Source: Mantamonas sphyraenae STR306 (taxonomy: Eukaryota > Protista > CRuMs). Taken from it: a DNA stretch of 64,000 nt. How positions within the stretch are numbered: the stretch's first letter is position 1; every line of letters begins with the position of its first letter. Both the position numbers and the translations under genes were made by a program. The stretch covers positions 62,001-126,000 of the forward strand of contig JAPMXV010000002.1 of the NCBI GenBank assembly GCA_026936335.1, read 5' to 3'. Of this stretch, positions 26,633 through 37,960 are shown piece by piece. The notes beneath the pieces were generated by a model that was given only the letters and a program-made list of their open reading frames with translations, had not been told where the DNA came from and did not search any database.

Positions 26633-26737
26633 CGCACTGCAGTCGCTCCCCACACACTACCACACCCACCATCCTCTACAGGACACCGTATCATCATGCT
26701 TTGGCTGCTTTATACTACAAAACAATGTCAGTGCGCT

Positions 26738-28051
26738 TTACGTCGCTTTGCGCGCTTGAGAGTCCTCCCAAAACTTCATCAGCACCTCATACTCCAGTGG
26801 GATGCTATGGTGGCAGTCCTGCAGCATATCCATGTGTGGAAGGATCACATGAAGCTTTTCCAGCGTCTTTGGCCGACGCACATTGGGGCAATTGTCGAAT
26901 TTCAGTGACCTCAGTGTCGGAATCTGCTCGCACACCTCCAACAGATCATCATCTGTCAACGTGGAGAGGAATCCAAGGTCCAAGTGCTCCAGTGCATGCC
27001 AGGGTCCCAATTCCAGAATCAGCTCCGCTGTCTTCCAATGAGCCTGAGCGTAATATTCGTGGAAGCCGCCATCCAGTCCCCGCAGATTCAACGAGGTCAT
27101 TTGGGCCGCCAATGGTCCCAATGCACTTGCCATGAGTTCTTTGCTCACGTTGTAGCTGGACATTTTCTCCAGACTGAGCTTGGTGAGGTTGGGGAAGCGG
27201 CGAGGAATCGCCTCAAGGAACTGCTGGCTGCTCCCAATACCCGTCAGATCCAGGTCCGTGAGAGACGGGCATTCCCACTTTTTCTTGTTTGCCAGTGAGG
27301 TCCATGTTTCCATATAATTGCCGAATTTGCAATTGCTCAGGTTGAGCGTGTGCAGTCGAATCGTGGTTGCCAACAAAAAGTCCAGACCAGTTGCAAACTC
27401 AGAATGCGCCCCGTGTCCGTAGCCATGCCCAGTGGACACTCCACCCGTGTGCGACAGGTCCAGGATCTCCAGAAACTCACAGTCGGCCAGTTTGGACAGA
27501 AAGCCGGCCGTCATCGTCACGTACGCCACCCGAATCTCACGCAGGTGGTCTCCACAAATGTCCTTCAGTGTCGTTCCATTCAGTTTCTTGCATCCCGAAA
27601 TGTCCAACACTCGCAGCTGCTTCATGTTTGCTGCAATGACCCCCAGGTGTGCGTCCGTGATCGGTGTCCCACTCACATCCAGGTGCACCACATTCGGACA
27701 GTTCTCCAACAACTCGATGATCCGTGGTCCCGTCAGCTTCCTGCACCGTCGCATCCGAATGTCCTGAAGCTGGTTGCACCCGTCTTCAAAGCTGTTGATC
27801 ATCTGCTGGTACACATCCAGCACCTCGTCCGTGTCCTTGTCTTTGATGATCAGCTGCTGGTTGGGCAGCCACAGTTCTGGGTTATAAACAGCGTCGTACA
27901 GTGTCCAGCACACCATGGCACACCGCACACGCTCTTTCAGAGGCAGGAAACGCAGGATTTCCACCAACACTTCCACCGGCACCTCCACCAGCGGAGAAGG
28001 CCTCTCCGGGTCAAACACATACGGTTCCACCTTTTCTCTCGTCCTCCCCAT
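26738..28051 (-). CDS. F-box/LRR protein, copy B
   Basis: F-box LVEVPVEVLVEILRFLPLKERVRCAMVCWTLY followed by ~10 LRRs. The start may lie upstream (MGNSAS in another frame near 28095). Confidence 0.9.
   Translation of the reverse strand: MGRTREKVEPYVFDPERPSPLVEVPVEVLVEILRFLPLKERVRCAMVCWTLYDAVYNPELWLPNQQLIIKDKDTDEVLDVYQQMINSFEDGCNQLQDIRMRRCRKLTGPRIIELLENCPNVVHLDVSGTPITDAHLGVIAANMKQLRVLDISGCKKLNGTTLKDICGDHLREIRVAYVTMTAGFLSKLADCEFLEILDLSHTGGVSTGHGYGHGAHSEFATGLDFLLATTIRLHTLNLSNCKFGNYMETWTSLANKKKWECPSLTDLDLTGIGSSQQFLEAIPRRFPNLTKLSLEKMSSYNVSKELMASALGPLAAQMTSLNLRGLDGGFHEYYAQAHWKTAELILELGPWHALEHLDLGFLSTLTDDDLLEVCEQIPTLRSLKFDNCPNVRRPKTLEKLHVILPHMDMLQDCHHSIPLEYEVLMKFWEDSQARKAT
27453..28028. repeat. Second copy of the F-box/LRR constant segment
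   Basis: Direct repeat of 25974-26549 at an offset of ~1479 nt. Confidence 0.95.
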
Positions 28052-28213
28052 GTACCTCTCTTCTTCCCCTCCACTTCCGAGGCGCTGTTGCCCATCCCTG
28101 TTCTGTTTTTTTTGCTCTGCCTTTCTTTGCCCAGCGAGCGAAACACATCCAAACCAAGCCCCACCACAAATGGCACACGTTCCTCTTCATTTCAACATCA
28201 ATGATCCATCGCC

Positions 28214-30961
28214 TCACACGACGGTCGTCTCCACCACCACACCGTCGTCACCACCAGCATTCCCACCATTGCTGCTGCTGCTGCTTCCACCACCCACATC
28301 ACGCTGACGGCGTTCATAGCCCTTCACAGCCCAATGGAACACACTTGCGTCTGCGCCGCCGATGCTAAACACGGCCGAATCGTCGCAGGCAAAGCCGACG
28401 TTGGTCACGTGTGCGCTGTGTCCTCCGTACTCCTTGTACTGGGACTGCTTGGAGAAGCACGGGTAGTTGAACAGGCGCACGTGGCCAAAGTCATCTGCAG
28501 TGGCCACCAATCCCGCATCCCAGGAACGACAGCATGCGTTGATGTCCGTCTTGTCCGAGGTGCCTTGCCACACACCGGACACGTTTGCCCCAATGGTGCA
28601 CGTGTACGTCTGCCAATCCACCTGCGCCAGGGTCTCCTTGTGCACCACCTGCTGTCCGTTGCGGTGCCAGTACAGGTGTTCGTAGTCGCCGCTGTTGCTC
28701 TGCAAAAAGGTGCTGTCCGTCGACCAATCCAGATGCGTGATGTAGCTCGTGTGACCCTTGCACACACACGCCCGTTTGTACTTCTGTGCCACGTCGTAAA
28801 TGTCCACCACACCGTCGTGCGATCCCACTGCCAGCAGCGTCCCGTCCGGCGCATACCGAATCTGGTCGATGGCCTCCTTGCGGTCCTGTGTCTCGTGCAC
28901 CTTGGACAACGTGTATCCATCGCCCTGCTTGGCCACCTTGAGCACATACAACCCACCGTTCTTCAGACCCACCGCCAGATGGCTGCCGTCGTGCATCCAG
29001 GCCACCGAGCGTGCCGGTGTGCTGTCCACATGCACACCCACCTGTGCCTTGCGATCCGAATCCCAAATGCGCACTGTCCCATCCTCCGACGCTGTGGCAA
29101 GCACGTGAGGCATGCTCGGGTGTGTTTCCAGACCCCAAGCCTCGCCTGCGCCGTGGCCTTGCATGATGCGTTTCGTCTTGCTCGAATCCTCCGCCACCGT
29201 GTACAACGCATTGCCACGGGAACCGATAAGAAAGGTGCCGTCGAGCCAATCGATGGAACGTGCGCAGGGCACGTCGCCGTTGCCCTCCACGGCGTCGATC
29301 TTGGTGGCAAACAGGGGTTCCTTCTCCGGGGTCAGCTCCCACACCACAATCTTGCCGTCCTTGCCCGCAGAGGCAATGCCGTTCTCGTAGCTGTGGATGG
29401 CATACACGGGACCCGAATGCTGACCACGGCAGCGTGTGGCCAGGGTGTTGCCCTTCCACACAAACACCTCGCCGTCCGAGGTGCCTGTCACCGCGTCTCC
29501 AGCCAGCGTAAAGTCCACACACAGCATGGAGGTGACCAGCTTGTTCGATCCAAAGATGCCCTTCTTGTTGCTGAGGTAGCCCTCGACACCCAGGGCACTC
29601 TGGCGCAGCTCCAGGGTCCAGAACTTGATGTGCTTGACCCCACACGTCACCAATTGCCCATCGATGTACGGGTTGAACTTGACGGCCAGCACCTTGTCGC
29701 CCGTCTGACCCTTGGCCTTGGCCAACACCTGCTGCGTCTGCCAGTCCCACACGGCAATGGTGTGGTCGTTGTCGTTGCCCACAGATGCCAGCCGTGTGCC
29801 GTCGGGCGAAAACGCAAGACAACACACGCCACGCTGATGGAAATCGCTCAGGGTGGCCTTGAGTTCCATGGTCTCGATGTCCCACACGTAGATCGTCGGT
29901 TTCTTGCCAATCTGTCCCGTGGCCACCAGACCCGAGGGCCGGTGGTACGCAAGGGAGATCACGTCGTCGTCGTGCATGGTAAAAAACTGCTGGGTGCCCG
30001 AGGAGAGGTCAAACACAACCGCCACTGCGGCTGTGTGGTACACCACCTTGTTGCGATCACCTGCAAAGAAGGCGTTGTTGCGACAGTCGTGCCCACGGTA
30101 CCCCTGCACATTCGTCAGCACAAGGTCACACGCCGGCGGGTTTGGATTCGCAGACGCCAACAGACGACGGTCCACAACCTCGTCCGCTGGTCCACTGTTG
30201 CTGCTCATCCCACCACCACCATTGCTGCTGCTGTTTCCCAGAGTAGATGTTGGACCGTCGCTTCCCGGCACTCTTGGCACGTCGTTTGCGTCCGCTCGAC
30301 GGAAGCACAGGCGGCGTCGACTGTGAGCGGAAGTCCACAGCATCGTCTGTGTGATGAGGGGGGAGAGGGAGGGAGGATGGAGGGAAGGGCGGTTTGTTGG
30401 ATGCGACGGACATGGAGTCAGTGTGTGTGGGTGTGGGTGGGTGTGGGTGGGTGGCACAAAAGCGGAGAAACGTCGCAGAAAAGCAAACAAAAGAAAGAAA
30501 CGGCTGCGCCGGGAAAGTACGCTCCGGTGCGTCACCATGACGTGCAATGGCCACGGTATGCATGGAAACAGAAAGAATGGCCACATACCTCCGTAACCGT
30601 TGCGTTGACTCTTTGTCTTTTGGCCGTAGCGGTCGTTGTTGAGGGCCGGCAGGGATTTGCCGGCCGAGGCGGGAGACGACTTGTTACGTGCGGAGCTGCG
30701 TCGACGCTGTGCGGGGGAACCGAGGGACATGGCGTCCAGCTGGTGTTGCAGCTGTGCAATCACCTCGTCCTTTTCCGCAAGCATCTTCTTGAGTTGGATG
30801 ATCTGCACGTCCTTGTCGATGTCCGAGTGCACACGAGCCAACGAGGACAGGAACTCGTCCAGTTCCGAGTTGAATGTGGACAGCAACTGTTCCTTCAGCT
30901 GATGCACAGGCTTCTTTTCACTGCTTTGGCGCACGTCCGACGACGATTCACCCTGGCTCAT
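28214..30961 (-). CDS. Echinoderm microtubule-associated protein-like (EML/EMAP): N-terminal coiled coil, HELP motif, WD40 TAPE domain; intron ~30588-30347 and probable frameshift ~30235
   Basis: VQGYRGHDCRNN (HELP), HDDDVISLA, LVTCGVKHIKFW, GHTSYITHLDWS, QSNSGDYEHLYW, ADDFGHVRLFNYPC and GHSAHVTNVGF. Confidence 0.93.
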   Translation of the reverse strand: MSQGESSSDVRQSSEKKPVHQLKEQLLSTFNSELDEFLSSLARVHSDIDKDVQIIQLKKMLAEKDEVIAQLQHQLDAMSLGSPAQRRRSSARNKSSPASAGKSLPALNNDRYGQKTKSQRNGYGGMWPFFLFPCIPWPLHVMVTHRSVLSRRSRFFLLFAFLRRFSAFVPPTHTHPHPHTLTPCPSHPTNRPSLHPPSLSPLITQTMLWTSAHSRRRLCFRRADANDVPRVPGSDGPTSTLGNSSSNGGGGMSSNSGPADEVVDRRLLASANPNPPACDLVLTNVQGYRGHDCRNNAFFAGDRNKVVYHTAAVAVVFDLSSGTQQFFTMHDDDVISLAYHRPSGLVATGQIGKKPTIYVWDIETMELKATLSDFHQRGVCCLAFSPDGTRLASVGNDNDHTIAVWDWQTQQVLAKAKGQTGDKVLAVKFNPYIDGQLVTCGVKHIKFWTLELRQSALGVEGYLSNKKGIFGSNKLVTSMLCVDFTLAGDAVTGTSDGEVFVWKGNTLATRCRGQHSGPVYAIHSYENGIASAGKDGKIVVWELTPEKEPLFATKIDAVEGNGDVPCARSIDWLDGTFLIGSRGNALYTVAEDSSKTKRIMQGHGAGEAWGLETHPSMPHVLATASEDGTVRIWDSDRKAQVGVHVDSTPARSVAWMHDGSHLAVGLKNGGLYVLKVAKQGDGYTLSKVHETQDRKEAIDQIRYAPDGTLLAVGSHDGVVDIYDVAQKYKRACVCKGHTSYITHLDWSTDSTFLQSNSGDYEHLYWHRNGQQVVHKETLAQVDWQTYTCTIGANVSGVWQGTSDKTDINACCRSWDAGLVATADDFGHVRLFNYPCFSKQSQYKEYGGHSAHVTNVGFACDDSAVFSIGGADASVFHWAVKGYERRQRDVGGGSSSSSNGGNAGGDDGVVVETTVV

Positions 30962-31062
30962 GGTCTGCCCTGTGTGTGTCCGTGAGTGTCTGTGTGTGTG
31001 TGGTGGCGCAGACGACGCCATCGCAACCACCACACCACCACCACCACCACCACCATCCACTC

Positions 31063-31904
31063 ATGAGTCGAAACGAAGTCTCGCACGAAGGAGGCACAAA
31101 GGAAGGGCCCGACTCAAGCGTGGCAAAGAAAAAGGGCCTGTCGTCGAACCTGCTGGGGATGAAGTTCATGCGGCGAGCAAAGGAGGCGGAACTGCGTGCC
31201 AAGCTGCGTGCAGAGCAGGAGGAGGCTGCCAAACAAGCGCAATGGGTGAGCAATGAGGCAGATGGGGATGAGGATGAGGAGGGCCAAGACGGTAAACCAC
31301 ATGGAGTCAAGGTGTTGGTGCTGCAGCACGACCAACACCCATTGGCCGCCGAGAGCAGCAGCGGTAACAACAACAGCAATAGCAGCACACCCGTGTTTAC
31401 AGCAGGCAGGCGATCGTTTGGACGCTTCAATGTGGACGTAGAGGTAAGGCGGGGAAGAGGAGGAGGACGGAACGACAAGGAGAGGGGGCTGTGGAGGCTG
31501 GGGACGGGCAGGCTGACAAGGACGCATGAGCACAGAAGCAGAACAATGCCAAGCGCAGAGAGATGCAAAGGGCAAAGCGGGGTCAGGAGGCAGAGAGCAG
31601 CATCAAGAATCGCAAGGCAGCAGGAACGTCGGGGGTGGAGGACATGGGCAAGAGTGTGGATGAGGCAGAGATGGCGGTGCGGCTGCTGAAGAAGAAGAAG
31701 AAACGGGCCGAGGGAGGAGGCCAGGGCAAGCAAGAAGGAGGAGGGGCAAAGCGATCACGAGTGGATGACACATCGTCGTCTCCCCGCATCACAGGAGTGT
31801 CCTCTTCGTCGGGGATTTCCACCATGGGTCGCAGGAAAAGTCAGGGCCAAGGCCAGGGCGGCAGCAACAAGAAGAAGAACAAGGGCAAGAACAACAAGCA
31901 ATAG
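31063..31904 (+). CDS. MPHOSPH6: M-phase phosphoprotein 6 (MPP6, exosome cofactor)-like; intron from ~31444
   Basis: LSSNLLGMKFMRRAKE and GRRSFGRFNVDVE motifs; second exon with VDEAEMA and a basic tail. Confidence 0.8.
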
Positions 31905-31907
31905 GTA

Positions 31908-33344
31908 ATGAGCACATCACACTCGTTTCACACTTGCCGCCTGTGGATGACACTTGCCATGCCTGGATCACGGGGTGGCGTCGACTGCGCTGGTGGGCCC
32001 AGGATGAAACGACACGGTCGGGTGACCAAGAAGCTGTTTGAGCCGTTTGAGCTGCTGGCACACACGGGCAGTGGAGATTCGGTGACGCGTGAACGTGTGT
32101 CCGGCAATCGAGGCAAGGCATGGGAGACGGAGCAGACGCAGAAACCGACGCGTGCAAACCAGCAGGCGACAGGACAGGCGGTTCTCAGGAACTCGGACAC
32201 GTCGGAGGCGCGTGCGGAGGAGGGAGGCGACAGCGACGAGGAAAACCAGGCAGACAACGTCGAGGAGGATGAAAGCGAGAGCAGTGATGAGGAGTGCTGC
32301 CAAGAAGACGACAGCTTGGAATTGTTGAGCGATCGTGGGGTGGGCTTTTTCGCCGACACGTTTGCGCGACGCAAGCAAGAGAGCAAGAGCTACGGGGACG
32401 GAGCCAGCGAAGGCAACGGGTGCACACAGGTCATGTGTGGCGACTTGAAACTGCTGGAGTCGCTGTGGGCTAACAAAGCGATGCAGACGCGCCTGGGACG
32501 AGGCGAGGAACACCTGCAGTTCCTCTTTGAGGCGGAGAAGCGGGACAAGCATGCAAGGAGCATGGAGAAGTGGCAACAGAAACGAATCTCACGGATGCAT
32601 CGGCAGCGTGAGGTGGACCGGCTGGTGGAATTCAACCAGAAGCTGGGTCTGGACGAACGCACTCTGCAGCTGTCGGTGGTGCTGTTTGATCGGTTTGTGC
32701 AACACTTTCGCACGACGGACATTCCTGTGCAGAACGTCTCCCTGGTGGGTGTGGCTGCGTGGAACCTGGCATGCAAGTTCAACCTGGGCAAACGCATCAG
32801 CGGGTTGCTGTGTGCGGATTTCACCGCAGATATCTTTCACAACGCAAGCATGGTGCGCATGGAACGACTCATGCTGGCCACTCTGGACTACAAGCTGTCC
32901 TGGGTGACCCCGTACGACTTTTTGTTTGAGTACGGTGTGCTGCTGGGTCCTGGTGGTGGTGGCGGTGGTGAAGGACACGACCTGTCCCATCTGCCCGTGT
33001 TTGCCACCAGCGTGTTCCTCCTCAACCTGGACCTGCTGTGCTTCCGCACCCAACGCTTCCGTCCGTCGGTGCGAGCTGCCTGTGCACTGCTGCTGGCGCT
33101 GGACCTGCAGGAATTGCCGTGGACACAAACCATGGCCACCCTCACACGATGCGATGCAGACACGTTGCGTGGATCACCCGTGTATGTGGAGATGCAAACA
33201 CAGCTGGCAGTGATGCAACGACGCACGCAGTGGCACGTGGCTGTGCGTACCAAATTCGAGCAGCCGCGCTGGCTTGCCGTCGCACGCTCACACAGCAATA
33301 GCATGTCACTGGAGGACATGATGATGATGAAAAAGACAGGATGA
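31908..33344 (+). CDS. Divergent A/B-type cyclin (start uncertain; several ATGs at 31908-32003)
   Basis: Cyclin box VDRLVEFNQKLGLDERTLQLSVVLFDRF, LVGVAAWNLACKF, MERLMLATLDYKLSWVTPYDFL and FRPSVRAACAL. Confidence 0.88.
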   Translation: MSTSHSFHTCRLWMTLAMPGSRGGVDCAGGPRMKRHGRVTKKLFEPFELLAHTGSGDSVTRERVSGNRGKAWETEQTQKPTRANQQATGQAVLRNSDTSEARAEEGGDSDEENQADNVEEDESESSDEECCQEDDSLELLSDRGVGFFADTFARRKQESKSYGDGASEGNGCTQVMCGDLKLLESLWANKAMQTRLGRGEEHLQFLFEAEKRDKHARSMEKWQQKRISRMHRQREVDRLVEFNQKLGLDERTLQLSVVLFDRFVQHFRTTDIPVQNVSLVGVAAWNLACKFNLGKRISGLLCADFTADIFHNASMVRMERLMLATLDYKLSWVTPYDFLFEYGVLLGPGGGGGGEGHDLSHLPVFATSVFLLNLDLLCFRTQRFRPSVRAACALLLALDLQELPWTQTMATLTRCDADTLRGSPVYVEMQTQLAVMQRRTQWHVAVRTKFEQPRWLAVARSHSNSMSLEDMMMMKKTG

Positions 33345-33432
33345 TGGAGATGCGATGGCTTCGGGAGTGTGAAGATGGGGTGTTGAGATGCAAACCGGCG
33401 CGGGGAGGCAACCAGTGCAATGAAGCCAAGGG

Positions 33433-33785
33433 ATGTCCAGCAGACGCAGCAGCAGTGACAGCAGCAGCAGTGACAGTGACAACAGCGCGGGAGAAGCCAA
33501 GACCAAGGCGAGTGTGGATGGCAGTTTGGGGCTGCATGCCAATGTGCTGGGATTGGACTTGGACAAACAGGGCATCCACGTCTCGGACCTTTCCAGCAGC
33601 GACAACGAGGACACCAATGCATTGGCAAACTCGGACACAGAGGAGGAAGAGGAAGACGCTCTTGCCGTGTCTGTGGCCCTGGCAAACGTGTCCATAGACA
33701 GCAGTGACGACGAGGAGGGCGACCAAAGCGACAACGACAACAACGACAAAGACGAGCCGTTTGCCGCGTCGTCTCTTTCCTCAGA

Positions 33786-33821
<36 letters not shown>

Positions 33822-34464
33822 GGTGCAGACGTCGTGTTGGACGCATTGAGTGACACAAGCGACGACCTGCAGGGGCTGGATTCGTCGGACAGTGAACACG
33901 AGGAGACGGAGGCGACGGGGTGGCAAATGGCCGGCGACGACGCGACGGATTCCGGCGACGAGGCAACCAGTCTGGACCAGGACGGAGAGCAGAGCCAAGA
34001 CGATGACAACACCAACGAGGATGACAACGACTCATTGGGCTTGGACCTTGCTCTGGACACAGACGATGACGATCTGGACGATCTGGGCCTGGATGAGGAC
34101 GACGAAGAGCTGGAAGACCTGTACGCCGACCTGGACACCGGCCTGTCCTCCCCCTCCCTCCTCATCATCATCATCATCATCATCATCACCTTCATCCAAC
34201 TCCACGGGTTCGGATGGGTCGTTGTCATCGCTGTCCAACCTGAGTGACCTGGACAGTGTGTCTGGAGGGGAGGACACGGACGACGAGTTGGCTGCCATTG
34301 GGTCGGATGACGACTTTGACACATTCTGGGAGAGTGACAGTGACTTGGCACCAGAGACGCCCTCCTCCTCTTTGTCGTCATCTGCAGGCGGCAGTGCTGG
34401 CAATGGGAGGAGGAGAGCAAGTGGGAGCGTTTCCTTTGCCTCTCCGCCATCGAACACAACCTGA
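33433..34464 (+). CDS. Hypothetical hyper-acidic Asp/Ser-rich disordered protein, split by two apparent frameshifts in microsatellites
   Basis: Three overlapping ORFs (33433.., 33834.., 33850..) are each D/S/E-rich in one section and switch frame at the (GAC)n and (TCA)n tracts. Confidence 0.5.
33786..33820. repeat. (GAC)n trinucleotide microsatellite
   Basis: About 11 consecutive GAC units. Confidence 0.9.
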
Positions 34465-34498
34465 ACACAAACCAAATCACACACACACCCCTGTGGCT

Positions 34499-35260
34499 AT
34501 GTTGACCAAGACCACCACCCTTGTGGCCCTCTTGCTTGCCATGCTGGCACTCACCTGTGTGTCTGCTGCGGCCTCCGACGCGGAAAACGCGGACGACGAG
34601 CTTGCCGCCGCCGACATTGTCCAGGCTCTCCAGAGCGCCGAGGAATCGGAGGAGGACAGCGATGTGGAGGATGGTGACGAAGAGGAGGACAGGTACGTGG
34701 AGTTGGCCCTATTTCCCACTGTCCACCTCTCTGTGGGCACACAGAGCGATTCACAGCGAGGTCTGCACCCCGAAGGATTGCGAAAAAAGGCCTCTCCTTC
34801 GAGCCCGCTCACACGGCCACACACGCCCCTTGTCAGCTCGGAAGAAAGCGACGATGACATCGACAGCAACGACGAGTCTTCAGAGGATGAGGAAGAAGAC
34901 GAGGACGAGGACGAGGAGGAGGTGGAGAGCAGCGAGGACGACGACAAAGTTTCCGACGAGGACGCCCTGCTCAAGCGTCTGTATGCGCTCGCCGACCGTG
35001 TCATGAACCGCTACAAAGCATTCTACAGCCGTTTGAACAGTGTCAACGGCAAGATCATCGAACTGTGCAAGGCTGGCAAGTGCGACAGCAAGTGGGCCAA
35101 CAAGCTGAAGAAGCGCTTGGAGCGCATCATGGCCAGCAAAGTGCCGTCCCGTCTGCTGAAGCATCTCAACAAACTCAACCAGAGGATCATTGCCCTTGGT
35201 GGTCAACCCAAGCCCATGATCCTGCACAGCTTCGCCGCTTGGTGGAGGTTCTTCCGCTGA
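34499..35260 (+). CDS. Secreted protein: signal peptide, acidic region, cationic helical C-terminal domain; in-frame intron 34693-34836
   Basis: MLTKTTTLVALLLAMLALTCVSA signal peptide; GTACGT donor and TCAG acceptor; E/D-rich middle; K/R-rich end ...WWRFFR. Confidence 0.75.
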   Translation: MLTKTTTLVALLLAMLALTCVSAAASDAENADDELAAADIVQALQSAEESEEDSDVEDGDEEEDRYVELALFPTVHLSVGTQSDSQRGLHPEGLRKKASPSSPLTRPHTPLVSSEESDDDIDSNDESSEDEEEDEDEDEEEVESSEDDDKVSDEDALLKRLYALADRVMNRYKAFYSRLNSVNGKIIELCKAGKCDSKWANKLKKRLERIMASKVPSRLLKHLNKLNQRIIALGGQPKPMILHSFAAWWRFFR

Positions 35261-35365
35261 TCGCGATTGCCACACACGACTGCTGATGCAGTGGATGGTC
35301 ATGGATGGTCATGGGAATGGTGATCATCACCATCATCACCATCATGAACGAGTCCCAACAACACC

Positions 35366-37757
35366 CTACCCCAATTTTACATTGCTGCTTGCATCCCTAC
35401 GTGGGGCCTGTGCCGTCTTGGCCTGTTGAAGCATGCTTCGACCATAGTCTGTGGTGTGGAGGCCTTGCTGCTGGAGAGCCATGGCCAGTTTGAAGCGTTG
35501 ATCGGCCATGAGCTGTTTGTCCGAGTAGCCATGCACGGGTGCAAAGATGCTCTCGTTGACCACCTGCTGACTGCTGGACGCCACCGTCGACGCATACACT
35601 CGTTCTGGGTTGTCATCCACCTCGATCTCAGCACGCACCTTGTCACGCAGCCTGTCCAACCGCTCCTGTTTCAACTCTTCCATCCTCTCTTGTCGCTGTT
35701 GCATCACCGCCTGAGCCCTCTGTTTGCTTGCCAGCTCCCTCTGTCGGTAACGCACGCGTTGGGCATTCAACTCACGCAACACACGTGCCTGTTCCTCCTC
35801 CTCCTCTGCCTTGGCCCTTGCCATGGCCTCCATCTCCGCTGCCAATGCCGCTTGCTGTGCCTTGTACGCCTCCAATTGTTGCTTGCTGCGTTCCCTCTCC
35901 TCCCTCTCCGCCTCCAACCGTTGCATCTCCCGTTCCCTCTCTCGTTTGTCTGCCACCGCCTTCCTCAGCCTTGCCTCCTCCTCCGCCAGCTGTTTCTCCT
36001 CCCGCATGGCTTCCACCTGCGCCTGCAGCTGTGCTTGGGCCTGCTGTGTGCGATACCACTCCAGTTGCGTCTGCAGTCGTGCCATCTCCTCCGCCTGCGC
36101 CTTGGCAAACGCACGCTCTGCCTCCTCCACCACCGCCCGTTTGTCCTTCTCATACTGAGCCAACACTGCACGTCGCTTGTCCAGATAGAAGCGCAATGCT
36201 TCGTACCATCTGTCATGTGCCACAATCTCCTCCTTGCTCCGCTGGCCCGCAAGCTCCCGTGTGGCCTGTTTGATGCGTCGTTCGTACGGACTTGCGTGTC
36301 CCTCACTCTCCTTGTAGATCTTTCGATAATGAAAGTGTTCTGCCTCACTCCATGCCCCACTGTTGCTGTCCACCTCTGCCCCACACTCGCCACACACTGC
36401 CTCAAACGTCTCCTGCAACGCCTCCAGCTTGTCCACCGTGTCCGCATCCACCATCCCCAGTGCATCCAGCTTGCTGTTCATCAATGCCTCCCCCACCTGA
36501 TCCCACTCCATCAGTGCCTCTGCTTCTTCCGTGCTGTCCACATACTCCACGGGGTGACCCTCGGGCAACTCATGCTGAGCACGCAGACCCAACCCTGCAC
36601 GAAGGGCATCCGACGCAGCCACCAACGCCGCCTCCTCCTCTTCCAACACACGTCGCATGGCCTCCATTCCACTGCGCACCTGTTCCACTCGTGTTTGGTA
36701 CTCTTCCACACACCCCTTGGCCATCAGTCTGTCTGCTGCCTCTGCAGAAGGGCCCAACACCTGGATATCCTCTACCAGGGTCTTCAGACTCACCAGAGGC
36801 AGTGTCACCTCACGTGACATTTGCTGCCGTGTTTCCATTTGCTCTCTTGCCTCGTCTAGAATGCTCTGTACCGCCTGTTGCGTCTCCACGTCTGTTCCTC
36901 GTCGATCTCGGAGTGCCACCAGGGTCTCCACGTACTCGTCCTCCAACCTTTCCCTGCAAGTGGTAATATCCCCCCCCCCACACACACACACACACCCGAG
37001 TGTTCAACAACACACTTGTGTCAGCTACTGCTGTGCTGTGAGGTGTGGGTGGCAATCAACACAAACTCAAAACTCACGCTTTGGCTGCAAGGCGTGTTGC
37101 TTCGTCTGCCCACTCTTGCTTCCGTCGCTTCAACACGCTCTCTTTCTTGCCACTCTTGGCCGCGTGTTTCACCTTGAGCACACGTGCATACACATCGTTG
37201 CCCACCTCTCGTGCTGACGCTGCCGCTGCCTTCAGACTGGCTATGTCCTTGCTAGCGTACGTTTGGCCCAGCAACCGTTTGGTTTTGGCTGCAGCCCCCG
37301 CCCTCCCTGACACGGAATCAAAGAGAGAGAGAGAGAGAGAGAGTGCACGTACCATGTCATGCCATTTGGGCCCATTGGTCGTGTCAGTGTTCATCCCATT
37401 CCTCCTTCTCCCCCGCCCACCCCCCACCCCCCACGCGCACTCACCTTTCTGGGTGGGTGTTGTCTTGTACCGTGAAGCCACCTGCCGTGTGCTCTTCCCA
37501 CTGAGTGGTCTGACCCCAGCCCCATGCCTTGCTGCTGGTGCCCCCCCCACAGATTGCCTTCCTGTGCCAGTGGATCCCGAGTGTGTTGAGCCACGTGAGG
37601 GGGCTCTGGACGAGCTGCCTGCTTTGCGCCGTGACACTCCCATACGCACCCCCGACGACACCATAGGACGTGATGACACGTGCATCCCACCCTTCCCACC
37701 CTTCCCTTGGGTCTCTTCCTCATCTTCATCGTCCAATGTGTACAACGCCACCGACAT
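35366..37757 (-). CDS. CCDC148: CCDC148-like coiled-coil protein, at least 2 introns; start approximate
   Basis: Long coiled coil. The C-terminus VHGYSDKQLMADQRFKLAMALQQQGLHTTDYGRSML..APRRD resembles the conserved CCDC148 end. Confidence 0.75.
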
Positions 37758-37960
37758 GCCCCTGCTTGTTTCCGTGTCTCCACAATCGCCTCCCGTACAC
37801 TCCATCGCCACACGCACATGCACCCCACCACACCCAAACCCTCACCCAACCCCGTGTACACCTCTTCCCATCCCGTTTGGGTCGTTTCCCACTCCAACAA
37901 ATCGCCGAAAGGGCAACAACAAACAAAAGGGAAGATGGGAGGATTCGCAGTTTTTTTTCG

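Noticed and set aside
25974-28028. Long direct repeats read as LTRs or transposon ends
   Set aside because: The repeats are the coding F-box/LRR portions of paralogs; no transposase, reverse transcriptase or integrase is present.
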